DNA of 24,030 nt from Gemmatimonadota bacterium (GTDB taxonomy: Bacteria > Latescibacterota > UBA2968 > UBA8231). The number at the start of each line of letters is the position of its first letter. Position 1 is the stretch's first letter. Under the pieces are notes generated by a model. It saw only the letters and a list, made by a program, of their open reading frames with translations. It ran no database searches and was not told the DNA's origin. A program made the position numbers and the translations under genes. The DNA lies in contig JAYOYH010000056.1 in assembly GCA_038153405.1 (NCBI GenBank), positions 4,385 to 28,414 on the forward strand, given 5' to 3'. This document shows, one piece after another, positions 1-8,618 of the stretch.

Positions 1-382
1 GTGCCTCCGTTTCGTCGCGCTCCCCTTCGTACTCGTCGACAAAGCCGCTGGAGGGCACCCAGCCGTCTGGCGTCTGGCGCCCTTCCCACTCGCCGGAAAA
101 GGCGCGCAGCACGCCGCGCTGGCCGTCCCGGTCGCGGCAGACCATGACGCCAAACATCTTGCCGTTGGCCTCTTCGTAGAGGCTGGCGGTAGAAAAGCCG
201 CTCTCTGCTGTGCGGTGCGCCGACAGGTGGTCCATTAGCTCTTCTGCGGCGGCCAGCGCTTCGCGCGTTGGACGCAGCGCCCGCTCGCAGCCGGTCTGGG
301 GACAGCGTCCGGCGTAGCGCACATCGGGCAGGGCATTTTCGCTAGGAAGCGATAGAGGCAGTGGGTGCAGGGCGGTGTGCAT
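1..382 (-). CDS. RluA-family pseudouridine synthase, long form, N-terminal part (runs off the window edge)
   Basis: Not in the ORF track. Manual translation from ATG at 382: MHTALHPLPLSLPSENALPDVRYAGRCPQTGCERALRPTREALAAAEELMDHL...EANGKMFGVMVCRDRDGQRGVLRAFSGEWEGRQTPDGWVP... The frame is open to the edge. GRCPQTG, GKMFGV, LRAFSG and GWVP match the N-terminal extension I recall for long RluA-like proteins; the catalytic domain is outside the window. Confidence 0.75.
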   Translation of the reverse strand, partial: MHTALHPLPLSLPSENALPDVRYAGRCPQTGCERALRPTREALAAAEELMDHLSAHRTAESGFSTASLYEEANGKMFGVMVCRDRDGQRGVLRAFSGEWEGRQTPDGWVPSSGFVDEYEGERDETEA

Positions 383-588
383 GGGGTTAAGCGGCGTGAG
401 CGATGTATAGTTGCATGAAAAAAAAATATAGACGGCGCGCACATATGCAGTCAAAGTGGCCGGTTATTCCGCATCTGGCGACGTCTCCACTCATTTAGTT
501 ATTATTGGCGCTCTGGTGGTCGCATGCTCACCCCAACAAAGACCTTGCTATCGGGGACGATGCGCGGCAAGGCGAGAGGATGGCTCGC

Positions 589-1716
589 ATGAACATACAA
601 CAAATTCGCGTGATACCGCTGGTAGAGGATCCTCCCGCCGGCGGCTGGCCCAAGGGCGAACTGCCGGCGCGCAACGAGTACACGCTGCTCGAAGTAGGCA
701 CCGACGAGGGTGTGTTTGGTCTGGGCAGCGTCTACACCTCGGCGCGCCTGACCGAAGCGGCGGTAGAACTGCTGCGGCCGCAGTGGGAGGGCGAGATCGC
801 CATTGAACCGGCGCGCGTGTCGGAGAAGCTGCACCAGTCGACGTTTTGGCAGGGGCGCGGCGGCACGGTGACGCACGCCATCTCCGGCATCGATATCGCG
901 CTGTGGGATATCTTTGGCCAGGTCACGGGCCAGCCGGTCAGCCGCCTGCTGGGGGGCTGCTACCGCGATCGGATCAAGCCCTACGCCTCGCTGAGCATGA
1001 GCCAGCAGCGCTTTGTCGAGCATATGGAAGAGGCGCTGGCGCGCGGCTTTAAGGCGGTGAAAATTGGTTGGGGACCCTTTGGCCGCGAGTCGCGCCAGCG
1101 CGACGAAGGGCTAGTCAAGCTAGCGCGCAATACATTGGGCGCCGACGTCGAACTCATGGTCGATCCCGGCGCCTCGGGCCGCTACTGGGCGCACGGCTAT
1201 AAGTGGGCATTGGAGACGGCCAAGATGCTGCGCGACTACGACGTGACCTGGTTTGAAGAGCCGCTGCGCCCCGACGATATGCAGAGCTATATCAAGCTAG
1301 CCGAGAACGCGCCGCTGCCCATTACCGGCTGCGAAGTGCTGACGCGGCGCCAGAGCTTTATGCCGTGGATTGAGAACCGCGCCGTCGACTTTATTCAGCC
1401 AGACCTGACCAAGGTGGGTGGTCTGACAGAGGGACTGCGCATTGCCCAGCACGCCTACGACCATTCGATCATGACCATTGCGCACGGCTGGAATACGGCC
1501 GTCGGGTTGGCCGCCGATATGCAGCTGATGGCGGCGTTGCCCACGGCGCGCTGGGTTGAGTATAAGACGCCCAGCCCGTTTATCGACGAGCTGCTGCCGG
1601 CGCCCCTGCCCATCGACGAGGAGGGTTTTGTGCCCATTCCATCGGCGCCGGGCCTCGGCGTGGCGTGGAACCGCGACGGCGTCGAAAAGCTATCGGGCAT
1701 GCGGCTGTCGAATTAG
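589..1716 (+). CDS. Mandelate racemase/muconate lactonizing enzyme family protein (probable acid-sugar dehydratase)
   Basis: AISGIDIALWDI capping motif, KAVKIG, metal ligands in VDPG / WFEEP / GCE, QPD...AHG dyad. Start moved from 505 to ATG 589 (GAGGA 8 nt upstream); ATG 580 is an alternative. Confidence 0.92.
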   Translation: MNIQQIRVIPLVEDPPAGGWPKGELPARNEYTLLEVGTDEGVFGLGSVYTSARLTEAAVELLRPQWEGEIAIEPARVSEKLHQSTFWQGRGGTVTHAISGIDIALWDIFGQVTGQPVSRLLGGCYRDRIKPYASLSMSQQRFVEHMEEALARGFKAVKIGWGPFGRESRQRDEGLVKLARNTLGADVELMVDPGASGRYWAHGYKWALETAKMLRDYDVTWFEEPLRPDDMQSYIKLAENAPLPITGCEVLTRRQSFMPWIENRAVDFIQPDLTKVGGLTEGLRIAQHAYDHSIMTIAHGWNTAVGLAADMQLMAALPTARWVEYKTPSPFIDELLPAPLPIDEEGFVPIPSAPGLGVAWNRDGVEKLSGMRLSN

Positions 1717-1757
1717 ATGGATTGACGTTGAGATGGCAGAGGGCGACGCCCTCTGTG

Positions 1758-2738
1758 TTAGGCGTACTTCTTTGGGCCCACTAGGGTCGATGCCTCGTCG
1801 AGGCGGGCGCGATCTTCGCGGCTCAGGCGCCAATCGGCCGCGCCAAAGGCGTCGTCGACGTGCTCGGGCAGATCGGCACCGACGATGGGTGCGGTGATTT
1901 CTGGGTGGTCTAGCAGCCAGGCGAGCGCGACCTGCGCCGGCGTCTTGTCGTGCGCCTGGCCGATGTCGACCAGCGTCTGTACGATCCCGTCTACTCGCTC
2001 GGTCATCGCCTCGTCAAAATCGTACTTATGCGCGCTCAGGCCGCGCCCCTCGGTCTTGCTCCACACCGTGCCTACGGGCGGCTCCTGCCCGCGGCGATAG
2101 TGGCCCGTCAGCAGGCCGATGGCCAGCGGACTGTAGGTCATGATGCCGATGCCCTGCTCGCGGCACAGCGGCATCATATCCGGCTCCAACTCCCAGCGGT
2201 TGATCAGGTTGTACTGGTCCTGAATACAGACGAAGGAGTGCAGGTTGTGCGCGTCGCTGGTCCACAGTGCTTCCATGACCTTCCACGGGCGGAAGTTGGA
2301 GCAGCCGATATAGCGCACCTTGCCCTGACCGACCAAATCGTCGAGGGCGCGCAGCGTTTCTTCGAGCGGCGTGTGGGGATCAAAGCTGTGCAGCAGGTAG
2401 AGGTCGATGTGATCGGTCTGCAGCCGCTCCAGACTGGCTTCGACGGCGCGCATCACGTTGAGGCGCGAGAGGCCGCTGCGGTTGGGCCCGGGACCGAGCG
2501 AGCTGGAGACTTTGGTGCACAGCACGACGTCTTCGCGCTTATCCTTGAGCGCTTTGCCGACGATCTGTTCCGATCGCCCCTGGCCGTATAGTGCGGTGTC
2601 GATAAAGGTGCAGCCCATCTCGATGGCGTGGTCGATTACGCGAATGCACGTGGCCTCATCGTCTTGGGCGCGAAACGCCGTGCCCAAGCACAGGCTGGAA
2701 ACGCGGATGCCGGTGCGGCCTAATTTTCTGTATTCCAT
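1758..2738 (-). CDS. Aldo/keto reductase
   Basis: MEYRKLGRTGIRVSSLCLGT start; tetrad D(DTA)/Y(LYG)/K(CTK)/H(LLH); SLERLQTDHIDLY; GKVRYIGCSN; YSPLAIGLLTG. Confidence 0.95.
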   Translation of the reverse strand: MEYRKLGRTGIRVSSLCLGTAFRAQDDEATCIRVIDHAIEMGCTFIDTALYGQGRSEQIVGKALKDKREDVVLCTKVSSSLGPGPNRSGLSRLNVMRAVEASLERLQTDHIDLYLLHSFDPHTPLEETLRALDDLVGQGKVRYIGCSNFRPWKVMEALWTSDAHNLHSFVCIQDQYNLINRWELEPDMMPLCREQGIGIMTYSPLAIGLLTGHYRRGQEPPVGTVWSKTEGRGLSAHKYDFDEAMTERVDGIVQTLVDIGQAHDKTPAQVALAWLLDHPEITAPIVGADLPEHVDDAFGAADWRLSREDRARLDEASTLVGPKKYA

Positions 2739-2797
2739 CGTGCCAAACCTCCGTTGCAGTGGCCTGTGTGGGCGAGAATGGAAAGAGCGAGAACGGC

Positions 2798-3766
2798 TTA
2801 TCGCTGCAGGGGGAAAATTTCCGCATTCACCGGGCTGCGCGGCGGTCGGCCCTGCAGCACGTCGACGATGCCTTCGGCTGCTTCGGTTGCCACGCGGACC
2901 AGCGCCCGGTCGGACAGCCCGGCCACGTGGGGCGTCAGCAGCGCGTTGGGGGCGTTCTGCAGCGGGTGCGACGGATCGGGCGGCTCCTGCGCAAATACGT
3001 CGATGGCTGCACCGGCCAACCGGCCTGCATACAGACTTTCGGCTACCGCCGTTTCGTCGACGGCGGCGCCGCGCGCCGTATTGATTAGATAGGCATCCGG
3101 TTTCATCTGCGCCAAGCGCTCGCCATCGATCAGGTGGTGCGTCTCGTCGGTCAGCGGTACGTGCAGGGTGACAAAATCGGCGCGGCCGAGCAGTTCGTCT
3201 AACGAATCGACAAAAACAGCCGGTCCTTCGTAGGCGCTGCGATCGACATAGGGATCGTAGGCCAATACGTGCATGCCCAAACCCAGCGCCGCCTTTCGCG
3301 CGGTGCGGCGACCGATGCGGCCCAGCCCGATGATGCCCAAGGTGCGCTCGCAGACTTCTATGCCGCCCAAGGCCATGCGCTCTTCAAAGCGTCCGGCGCG
3401 CACGCCGGCGTCGGCCTCCTTGATCTTGTTGGCCAGCGCTAGCATCAGGGCGATTGCGTGCTGGGCAACCCCTTCGGCATTGGCTTCTGGCGTCCACAGC
3501 ACGGCGACGTTGCGCGCGCTGGCGGCGGGAACATCGATATTGTCTAAGCCCACGCCGTGCTTGGCGACCACGCGTAGGTTGGGTGCGGCATCCATGCGCT
3601 GCGCATCGACGCGGTAGATGCGCACGAGCGCGGCATCGGCTTCGGCGGGTAGTTCGCCGGCGGGCTGGCCCGTCTGCCACGGGGCAATAACCGCGCAGTG
3701 CTGCGCCAGCACGTCCATGCCGGCAGAGGCGATGGGTTCGGGCACAAAAACGGTGTAATCCCTCAC
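2798..3766 (-). CDS. D-isomer-specific 2-hydroxyacid dehydrogenase (SerA-like, no ACT domain)
   Basis: HGVGLDNID, GIIGLGRIG, AYDPY, LHVPLT, LINTARG, IDVF..EP, LTPHVAG. The GTG start overlaps the ABC-F stop (GTGA). Confidence 0.93.
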   Translation of the reverse strand: MRDYTVFVPEPIASAGMDVLAQHCAVIAPWQTGQPAGELPAEADAALVRIYRVDAQRMDAAPNLRVVAKHGVGLDNIDVPAASARNVAVLWTPEANAEGVAQHAIALMLALANKIKEADAGVRAGRFEERMALGGIEVCERTLGIIGLGRIGRRTARKAALGLGMHVLAYDPYVDRSAYEGPAVFVDSLDELLGRADFVTLHVPLTDETHHLIDGERLAQMKPDAYLINTARGAAVDETAVAESLYAGRLAGAAIDVFAQEPPDPSHPLQNAPNALLTPHVAGLSDRALVRVATEAAEGIVDVLQGRPPRSPVNAEIFPLQR

Positions 3767-5430
3767 GCAGCGGTTCCTTCCCGCGCTTTTTTCTTTTCTT
3801 TGCGCGCTTTCAATACTACGGTATCGGCATCGAGGTGGTCGTCGCCGCAGAAGTGGACGTAGTTTTCATACGAACCTTGGTAGTCGACGATTTCACCGGG
3901 TTTAATCTCGACAATGCGCGTGGCGAGTTGGCTGACAAACCAGCGGTCGTGCGATACGAAGATCAGCGTACCTTCATAGCGCCGCAGGCCGTCGACCAGT
4001 GCTTCGATGGATTCGAGATCGAGGTGGTTGGTCGGCTCGTCAAGCACCAGCACGTTGGGCTCGGCCAGCGCTAGGCGCGCGAAGACTAGGCGCGCCGCTT
4101 CGCCCCCCGAAAGAGCGGCCAGCGATTTTTCGACGTCGTCTCCAGAAAAGAGCACCATGCCTAGGCGTTTGCGCACGGCACCGATGCTCTGCTCGGGAAA
4201 GTAGCCGCGAATCCACTGCTCGGCGCTGGCGCTTTCCGGGGCGAAGTCCTCCTCGTGATCTTGGGCAAAGTAGCCCGGGTGCGCTTCGTATCCCCATTCG
4301 ATCTGGCCGGCATCGGCCGCCAATTTGCCCATGGCTATTTTTAGCAGCGTTGACTTGCCGATGCCGTTGGGCCCCATGATGGCGAGGCGATCGCCGCGCT
4401 GCACAAGCAGGTCGACTCCGTGCAGCACCTCGTTATCGTTAAAGGCTTTTTTGACGCCCTTGATGGCCAGCACGTCGCGCCCACTGTCGCGTTTTTTCGC
4501 AAAGCGAAAGGTCGGGTAGCGGCGCGAGCTCTTGGGCAGTTCGACGATGTCCTCGGACATTTTTTCGATCATGCGCTGCTTGCTGCCGGCCTGCCGCGCC
4601 TTGCTGGCTTTGGCCTTAAAGCGATCGACAAACTGCTGGTGATGGGCTATTTCCCTTTCCCGATTGGAAATTTCCTTTTCGCGCCGTTCGCGCTCCAATA
4701 ACTTGGCTTGGATGAAGGCGCTGTAATTCCCTCTGTAAAGCGTCACGGTCTCGTAATCGACGTCGAGAATATGCGTGCTGATATTGTCCAAGAAACGGTG
4801 ATCGTGCGAGATAATAACGGCCGGTCCGGCAAAGTCGCGCAGAAACGTTTCCAACCAGCGGATAGAGAGAATATCGAGGTGGTTGGTCGGCTCATCGAGC
4901 AGCAGCACGTCGGGCGAAGAAGCCAGCACCTGGGCTAGCAGTACGCGCAGCTTGAATCCGCCCGACAGGGTCGACAGCGGATCGTGATGGATGGCGCTAG
5001 GCAGGCCGAGTCCTTCTAAGATGGCCGAAGCGCGCGCCTCGGAAGCATATCCATCGCGGCGCTGATACTCGTCTTCGAGCACGGAAAAGCGATCGGCATC
5101 GAATTCCCTTTCGGCGTTGGCCAGCAGCGTGTCGCGTTCGACCATGACGTTCCACAGATCCGTATTGCCCATGAGTGCGACGTTGAGAATCTTCTGCTCC
5201 TCGTAGAGGAACTGATCTTGGCGCAGCACGCCTAGGCGCAGGCGCTGTGGAATAGATATGCTGCCCTCGCTGGCTTCGAGGTCGCCGGTGAGGACATTGA
5301 GAAAGGTCGTCTTGCCCGAGCCGTTAGCGCCGACGAGGCCGTAGCGCGAACCGGCGTTGAGCTGCAGCGAGGCGCCGGCAAAGAGCGTGCGGTCGGCATA
5401 GGTCTTGCCGAGATTGGATAGCGTAATCAT
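3763..5430 (-). CDS. ABC-F family ATP-binding protein (YbiT-like)
   Basis: Two NBDs: GANGSGKT/LSGG/LLLDEPTNHLD and GPNGIGKS/LSGGE/LVLDEPTNHLD; charged linker (FKAKASKARQA); no transmembrane segments. Confidence 0.95.
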   Translation of the reverse strand: MITLSNLGKTYADRTLFAGASLQLNAGSRYGLVGANGSGKTTFLNVLTGDLEASEGSISIPQRLRLGVLRQDQFLYEEQKILNVALMGNTDLWNVMVERDTLLANAEREFDADRFSVLEDEYQRRDGYASEARASAILEGLGLPSAIHHDPLSTLSGGFKLRVLLAQVLASSPDVLLLDEPTNHLDILSIRWLETFLRDFAGPAVIISHDHRFLDNISTHILDVDYETVTLYRGNYSAFIQAKLLERERREKEISNREREIAHHQQFVDRFKAKASKARQAGSKQRMIEKMSEDIVELPKSSRRYPTFRFAKKRDSGRDVLAIKGVKKAFNDNEVLHGVDLLVQRGDRLAIMGPNGIGKSTLLKIAMGKLAADAGQIEWGYEAHPGYFAQDHEEDFAPESASAEQWIRGYFPEQSIGAVRKRLGMVLFSGDDVEKSLAALSGGEAARLVFARLALAEPNVLVLDEPTNHLDLESIEALVDGLRRYEGTLIFVSHDRWFVSQLATRIVEIKPGEIVDYQGSYENYVHFCGDDHLDADTVVLKARKEKKKAREGTAA

Positions 5431-5508
5431 AGGAGATAGAATCTAAGCGAAATCGGCGATTGCGGAATGGCTGGCAGCGGCCGCTCTATAGCGAGGGCGT
5501 CAGGGCGG

Positions 5509-7467
5509 TCATATCCAGAAGACGACGTTGTCGGTCATACCGGTAAAAAAGTCGATGACGAGCCAGAGTCCGGCACTGGCAAATTGGCCGATAATGAGTC
5601 CGAAAAAAAAGGGCCGCGCGCGCAGAAAGAGTTTGGGCCCGCCGTATTTGACGATGAGCGCCTTGAAGAGCCAGGCCAGAAAGATGCTGAACCACAGCTG
5701 GTCCATCAGCCAGATCATGGAGACGGGAAAGCCGATGGGGTGGAGGGGCCACCACAGGAGGTAGTGGCGCGCCGTCATGAGGCCAACCATCAGCGCGCCG
5801 CCGAATAGGGTGTGGATCCAGCCCTCGACGCTGGCCTCCGTTGGCGTGGCCAACTTGGTCGCCACGTAGTCAAAAGGCGTGCGCGCACCGTCGCCAAAAA
5901 ACCAGCCGTTGAGGTTGATACCGCCATACTCGTAGGCCAAGTACAAAATGGTGGCGATGGAGCCGACCATGCTAATGACAATGGCCAGCAGAAGGGCCCA
6001 CAGCAGCGGCCGCACGTTGCGCCCCATGCCCTCGCTCAGCTTGAGGCTGTGCATGCAGGAAGCCATGACAAAGGTGCGAATATCGGCACCCCAAATGTGG
6101 GTATAGGCCAAGCCGATCATGCCGGCCGTGCCCAGCGCCGAGGAGCCCACCGCGGAGACCAGCGTCGAAGCGGCTATGAGCGGACTGGTAGCGGCGGCCA
6201 CGCCGCTTTCGACCACTACGCGCGTTAGTCCGACAAAGATCGCCAGCGCCAGCGCCAGCAGAACGATGGCGACCCACGGCGGCATGCCGGCGGCGATTAG
6301 CCAGATGGTCATGCTGGCGCAGCCGCCCAACAGGCAGGCCAGCGCGGCGCGATAGGACATAATCTCGTCGCTATCGTCGACCGACTCGTCGCCGCGGACC
6401 GCTTTGCGCCATACGGCACGCAGGTGGTCGCGCGCTAGCCACAGGCCAAAGAATACCAGCACGAGAAAAGCGCCCTGACCGTAGTGGGCCAAAATGGGCT
6501 TGGAAGCGGCTCCGTATATGCCCAACTGCTCGCTGCTGGCTACGCCCAGCATGCCCATCACACCGTCCGCGATCTTGGCCAGCAAGTTGAACAGCCACAG
6601 GCTGAGGGCGATATCGAGATTGATGAGGTAGGAAAAACCCACCATGGGAAAGCTAAGGCGAACGATAATGGAGGTGGTGTCGCGCAGGATGGGTATGGTG
6701 CTGACCAACTGCACGGCGGGTACGGTGTTGTAGTAGGCGTGCAGGCCGTTGAGCGAACTGACGATGGCCGGCAGGGCGAAGCCGATCCACAGCATGGGAC
6801 TGCGCCATAGCACGCTGCGGCCCTCGGCGTCCTGGCGCACCATCTCGAGCGGCACCTGCACGATGGGAAAGAGCAAGCGTTCGCGCTCGGCCCACTGGCG
6901 CCGCAGCACGACCATCAGGGCGATCATGACTAGGTAGAGGCTCATGGCGAAGAGTATCCAATAGCACAGCGGCTCGACCCACGGCTGCCAGGGTATGGAA
7001 GCTCCCTGCGGCTTGCCCTCGTAAAACCAGCGGATGGCCGTCGCGCTCTGCGGCACCATCCACGAGGGCACGTGCCCGTTGATCAGCGACGCCCACTCGT
7101 TTTCTGGCGTGGCGAAGTACTGGGCGGCGGTGGTAATGGTCAGCAGGTACTCGGACAGCCCCATGGTAGGAATGGCCGATGCGGTGATCATCATGGCGTA
7201 GACAACCAGCAGTTCGCCGCGCGTCAGCGCCCACGCTACGCGCACGGCGCGCGCCAATCCGTTGAGTGGTCCAACCAATAGGAAGAACAGAAAAATGGCG
7301 CCTGGCGTGCTGAAGTCGAGCGCCATATACGACCCGCGGATGACCATATTGCCGTAGGGTGCCGCGCAGGCTAGGCCTAGCGAGAACAGGCTACCGGTAA
7401 GCACGGCGCGCGCGGAGAAGGCGCTGCGCTCAGGCGCGGTGTGTGGGCGCGGGTCTGGTGTACCCAT
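5509..7467 (-). CDS. DUF6785/DUF6784-type polytopic membrane protein (putative transporter)
   Basis: 652 aa with many hydrophobic helices. Recalled family motifs: LTRGELLVVY, LRRQW...ERL.FPI..VP, TRVVVESG, WWPLHPIG, KYGG.KL..RARPFF.GLI.G. Confidence 0.8.
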   Translation of the reverse strand: MGTPDPRPHTAPERSAFSARAVLTGSLFSLGLACAAPYGNMVIRGSYMALDFSTPGAIFLFFLLVGPLNGLARAVRVAWALTRGELLVVYAMMITASAIPTMGLSEYLLTITTAAQYFATPENEWASLINGHVPSWMVPQSATAIRWFYEGKPQGASIPWQPWVEPLCYWILFAMSLYLVMIALMVVLRRQWAERERLLFPIVQVPLEMVRQDAEGRSVLWRSPMLWIGFALPAIVSSLNGLHAYYNTVPAVQLVSTIPILRDTTSIIVRLSFPMVGFSYLINLDIALSLWLFNLLAKIADGVMGMLGVASSEQLGIYGAASKPILAHYGQGAFLVLVFFGLWLARDHLRAVWRKAVRGDESVDDSDEIMSYRAALACLLGGCASMTIWLIAAGMPPWVAIVLLALALAIFVGLTRVVVESGVAAATSPLIAASTLVSAVGSSALGTAGMIGLAYTHIWGADIRTFVMASCMHSLKLSEGMGRNVRPLLWALLLAIVISMVGSIATILYLAYEYGGINLNGWFFGDGARTPFDYVATKLATPTEASVEGWIHTLFGGALMVGLMTARHYLLWWPLHPIGFPVSMIWLMDQLWFSIFLAWLFKALIVKYGGPKLFLRARPFFFGLIIGQFASAGLWLVIDFFTGMTDNVVFWI

Positions 7468-7530
7468 CTCTTTGTTCGCTGCCGCGCGGAGTGGCTATCT
7501 GCCGGGCCAACTCCGCATGCGGACCTGAGG

Positions 7531-8595
7531 CTACGTCGCCGATTCGAGGTAGGCCGCCAGCAGGTCGCGGCAGGCCTTGATATCGCCGGTGTGGATCGTC
7601 TCCGTCACCGTGTGGATATAGCGCGTGGGACAGGACAGCGTCATGGCGCGGCAGCCGCCGGCGCTGCGCTGGATGCCGCCAGTATCGGTGCCGCCGGCGG
7701 ACAGAATGGAGCGCTGCGTCTTGATCTTGTGCTTCTTGCCGAGGGCGTCAAAGGTCTCGATCAGGTCGTAGTCGCCGATGGCCGAGCTGTCCATAATGGT
7801 GATGGCCGCGCCGTCGCCCAGGCGCGAGCAAGCCTCTTGCGCGGGCACGCCCGGCGTGTCGATGGCCAGCGTCGTGTCGATGCCAATGCCGATGTCGGGT
7901 TGGATCGTATGCGAGGAAGCGGTGGCGCCGCGCAGGCCGACTTCCTCCTGGACGGTGAAAACGCAGTGCACTTCGCAGCTGTGGTCCTTTAGTTTGCGGC
8001 AGGCCTCAATGGCAATCCAGCAGGCGGCGCGGTTGTCCATCGCCTGGCTAACCATTAGATCGCCAAGGTAGTAGACGGGCGCGTTGATAACGACCATATC
8101 GCCGATTTTAACCTTCTTGTCCACCTGCTTTTTCTCTATCCCCAAATCGACCATAAACTCGCGCACGGTGGGAATGCGCTTGCGCTCTTCGGGCGAGGCG
8201 ACGTGGATGGGCTTGCCGCTGGGATTCATAATGCCGATCAGATCTTTGCGCGGGTCGTTGGGGTCGGGACAGACCGTCACCATGCGAGCAAATAGATTGC
8301 GCGTATCAAAGCCACCGACCGGATTTAGGTAGAGAAAGCCCTTGTCGTCGATATGCGAGACCAGAAAGCCGATCTGGTCCATGTGCGCGGCCAGCATGAC
8401 GCGCAGGGGCTTTTTGGTGGATTTGCCCTTTTTGGCCTTTGGCTTTTTTACGGCGATGATCGAGCCGAGCGGATCGACGCGCACCTCGTCAAATAGGCCG
8501 TCAATCTCGTCGAGGATAAGGCGGCGAATGCGGTGTTCGCGGCCGGGCACGCCGGGGGTAGTAGCGAGTGTTTCGAGTAGTTTAAGCGCGCTCAT
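7531..8595 (-). CDS. M42 family metallo-aminopeptidase
   Basis: AAHMDQIGF, PVGGFD, MDNR, VQEEVGLRGA, GIDTT, GGTD, PTRYIH: the metal-ligand set is present. Confidence 0.93.
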   Translation of the reverse strand: MSALKLLETLATTPGVPGREHRIRRLILDEIDGLFDEVRVDPLGSIIAVKKPKAKKGKSTKKPLRVMLAAHMDQIGFLVSHIDDKGFLYLNPVGGFDTRNLFARMVTVCPDPNDPRKDLIGIMNPSGKPIHVASPEERKRIPTVREFMVDLGIEKKQVDKKVKIGDMVVINAPVYYLGDLMVSQAMDNRAACWIAIEACRKLKDHSCEVHCVFTVQEEVGLRGATASSHTIQPDIGIGIDTTLAIDTPGVPAQEACSRLGDGAAITIMDSSAIGDYDLIETFDALGKKHKIKTQRSILSAGGTDTGGIQRSAGGCRAMTLSCPTRYIHTVTETIHTGDIKACRDLLAAYLESAT

Positions 8596-8618
8596 ATAGC
8601 GATTCCTTTCGGTTGTTG

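Noticed and set aside
418..426. A9 tract as a phase-variation site
   Set aside because: A short intergenic homopolymer, consistent with ordinary AT-rich promoter DNA; no evidence of length variation.
235..444. 69-aa Cys-containing minus-strand ORF
   Set aside because: Alternative frame overlapping the better-supported RluA-like frame.
3763..7467. ABC-F plus membrane protein as an ABC transporter
   Set aside because: The ATPase has ABC-F hallmarks (twin DEPTNHLD, inter-domain linker), and that family acts on ribosomes rather than permeases.
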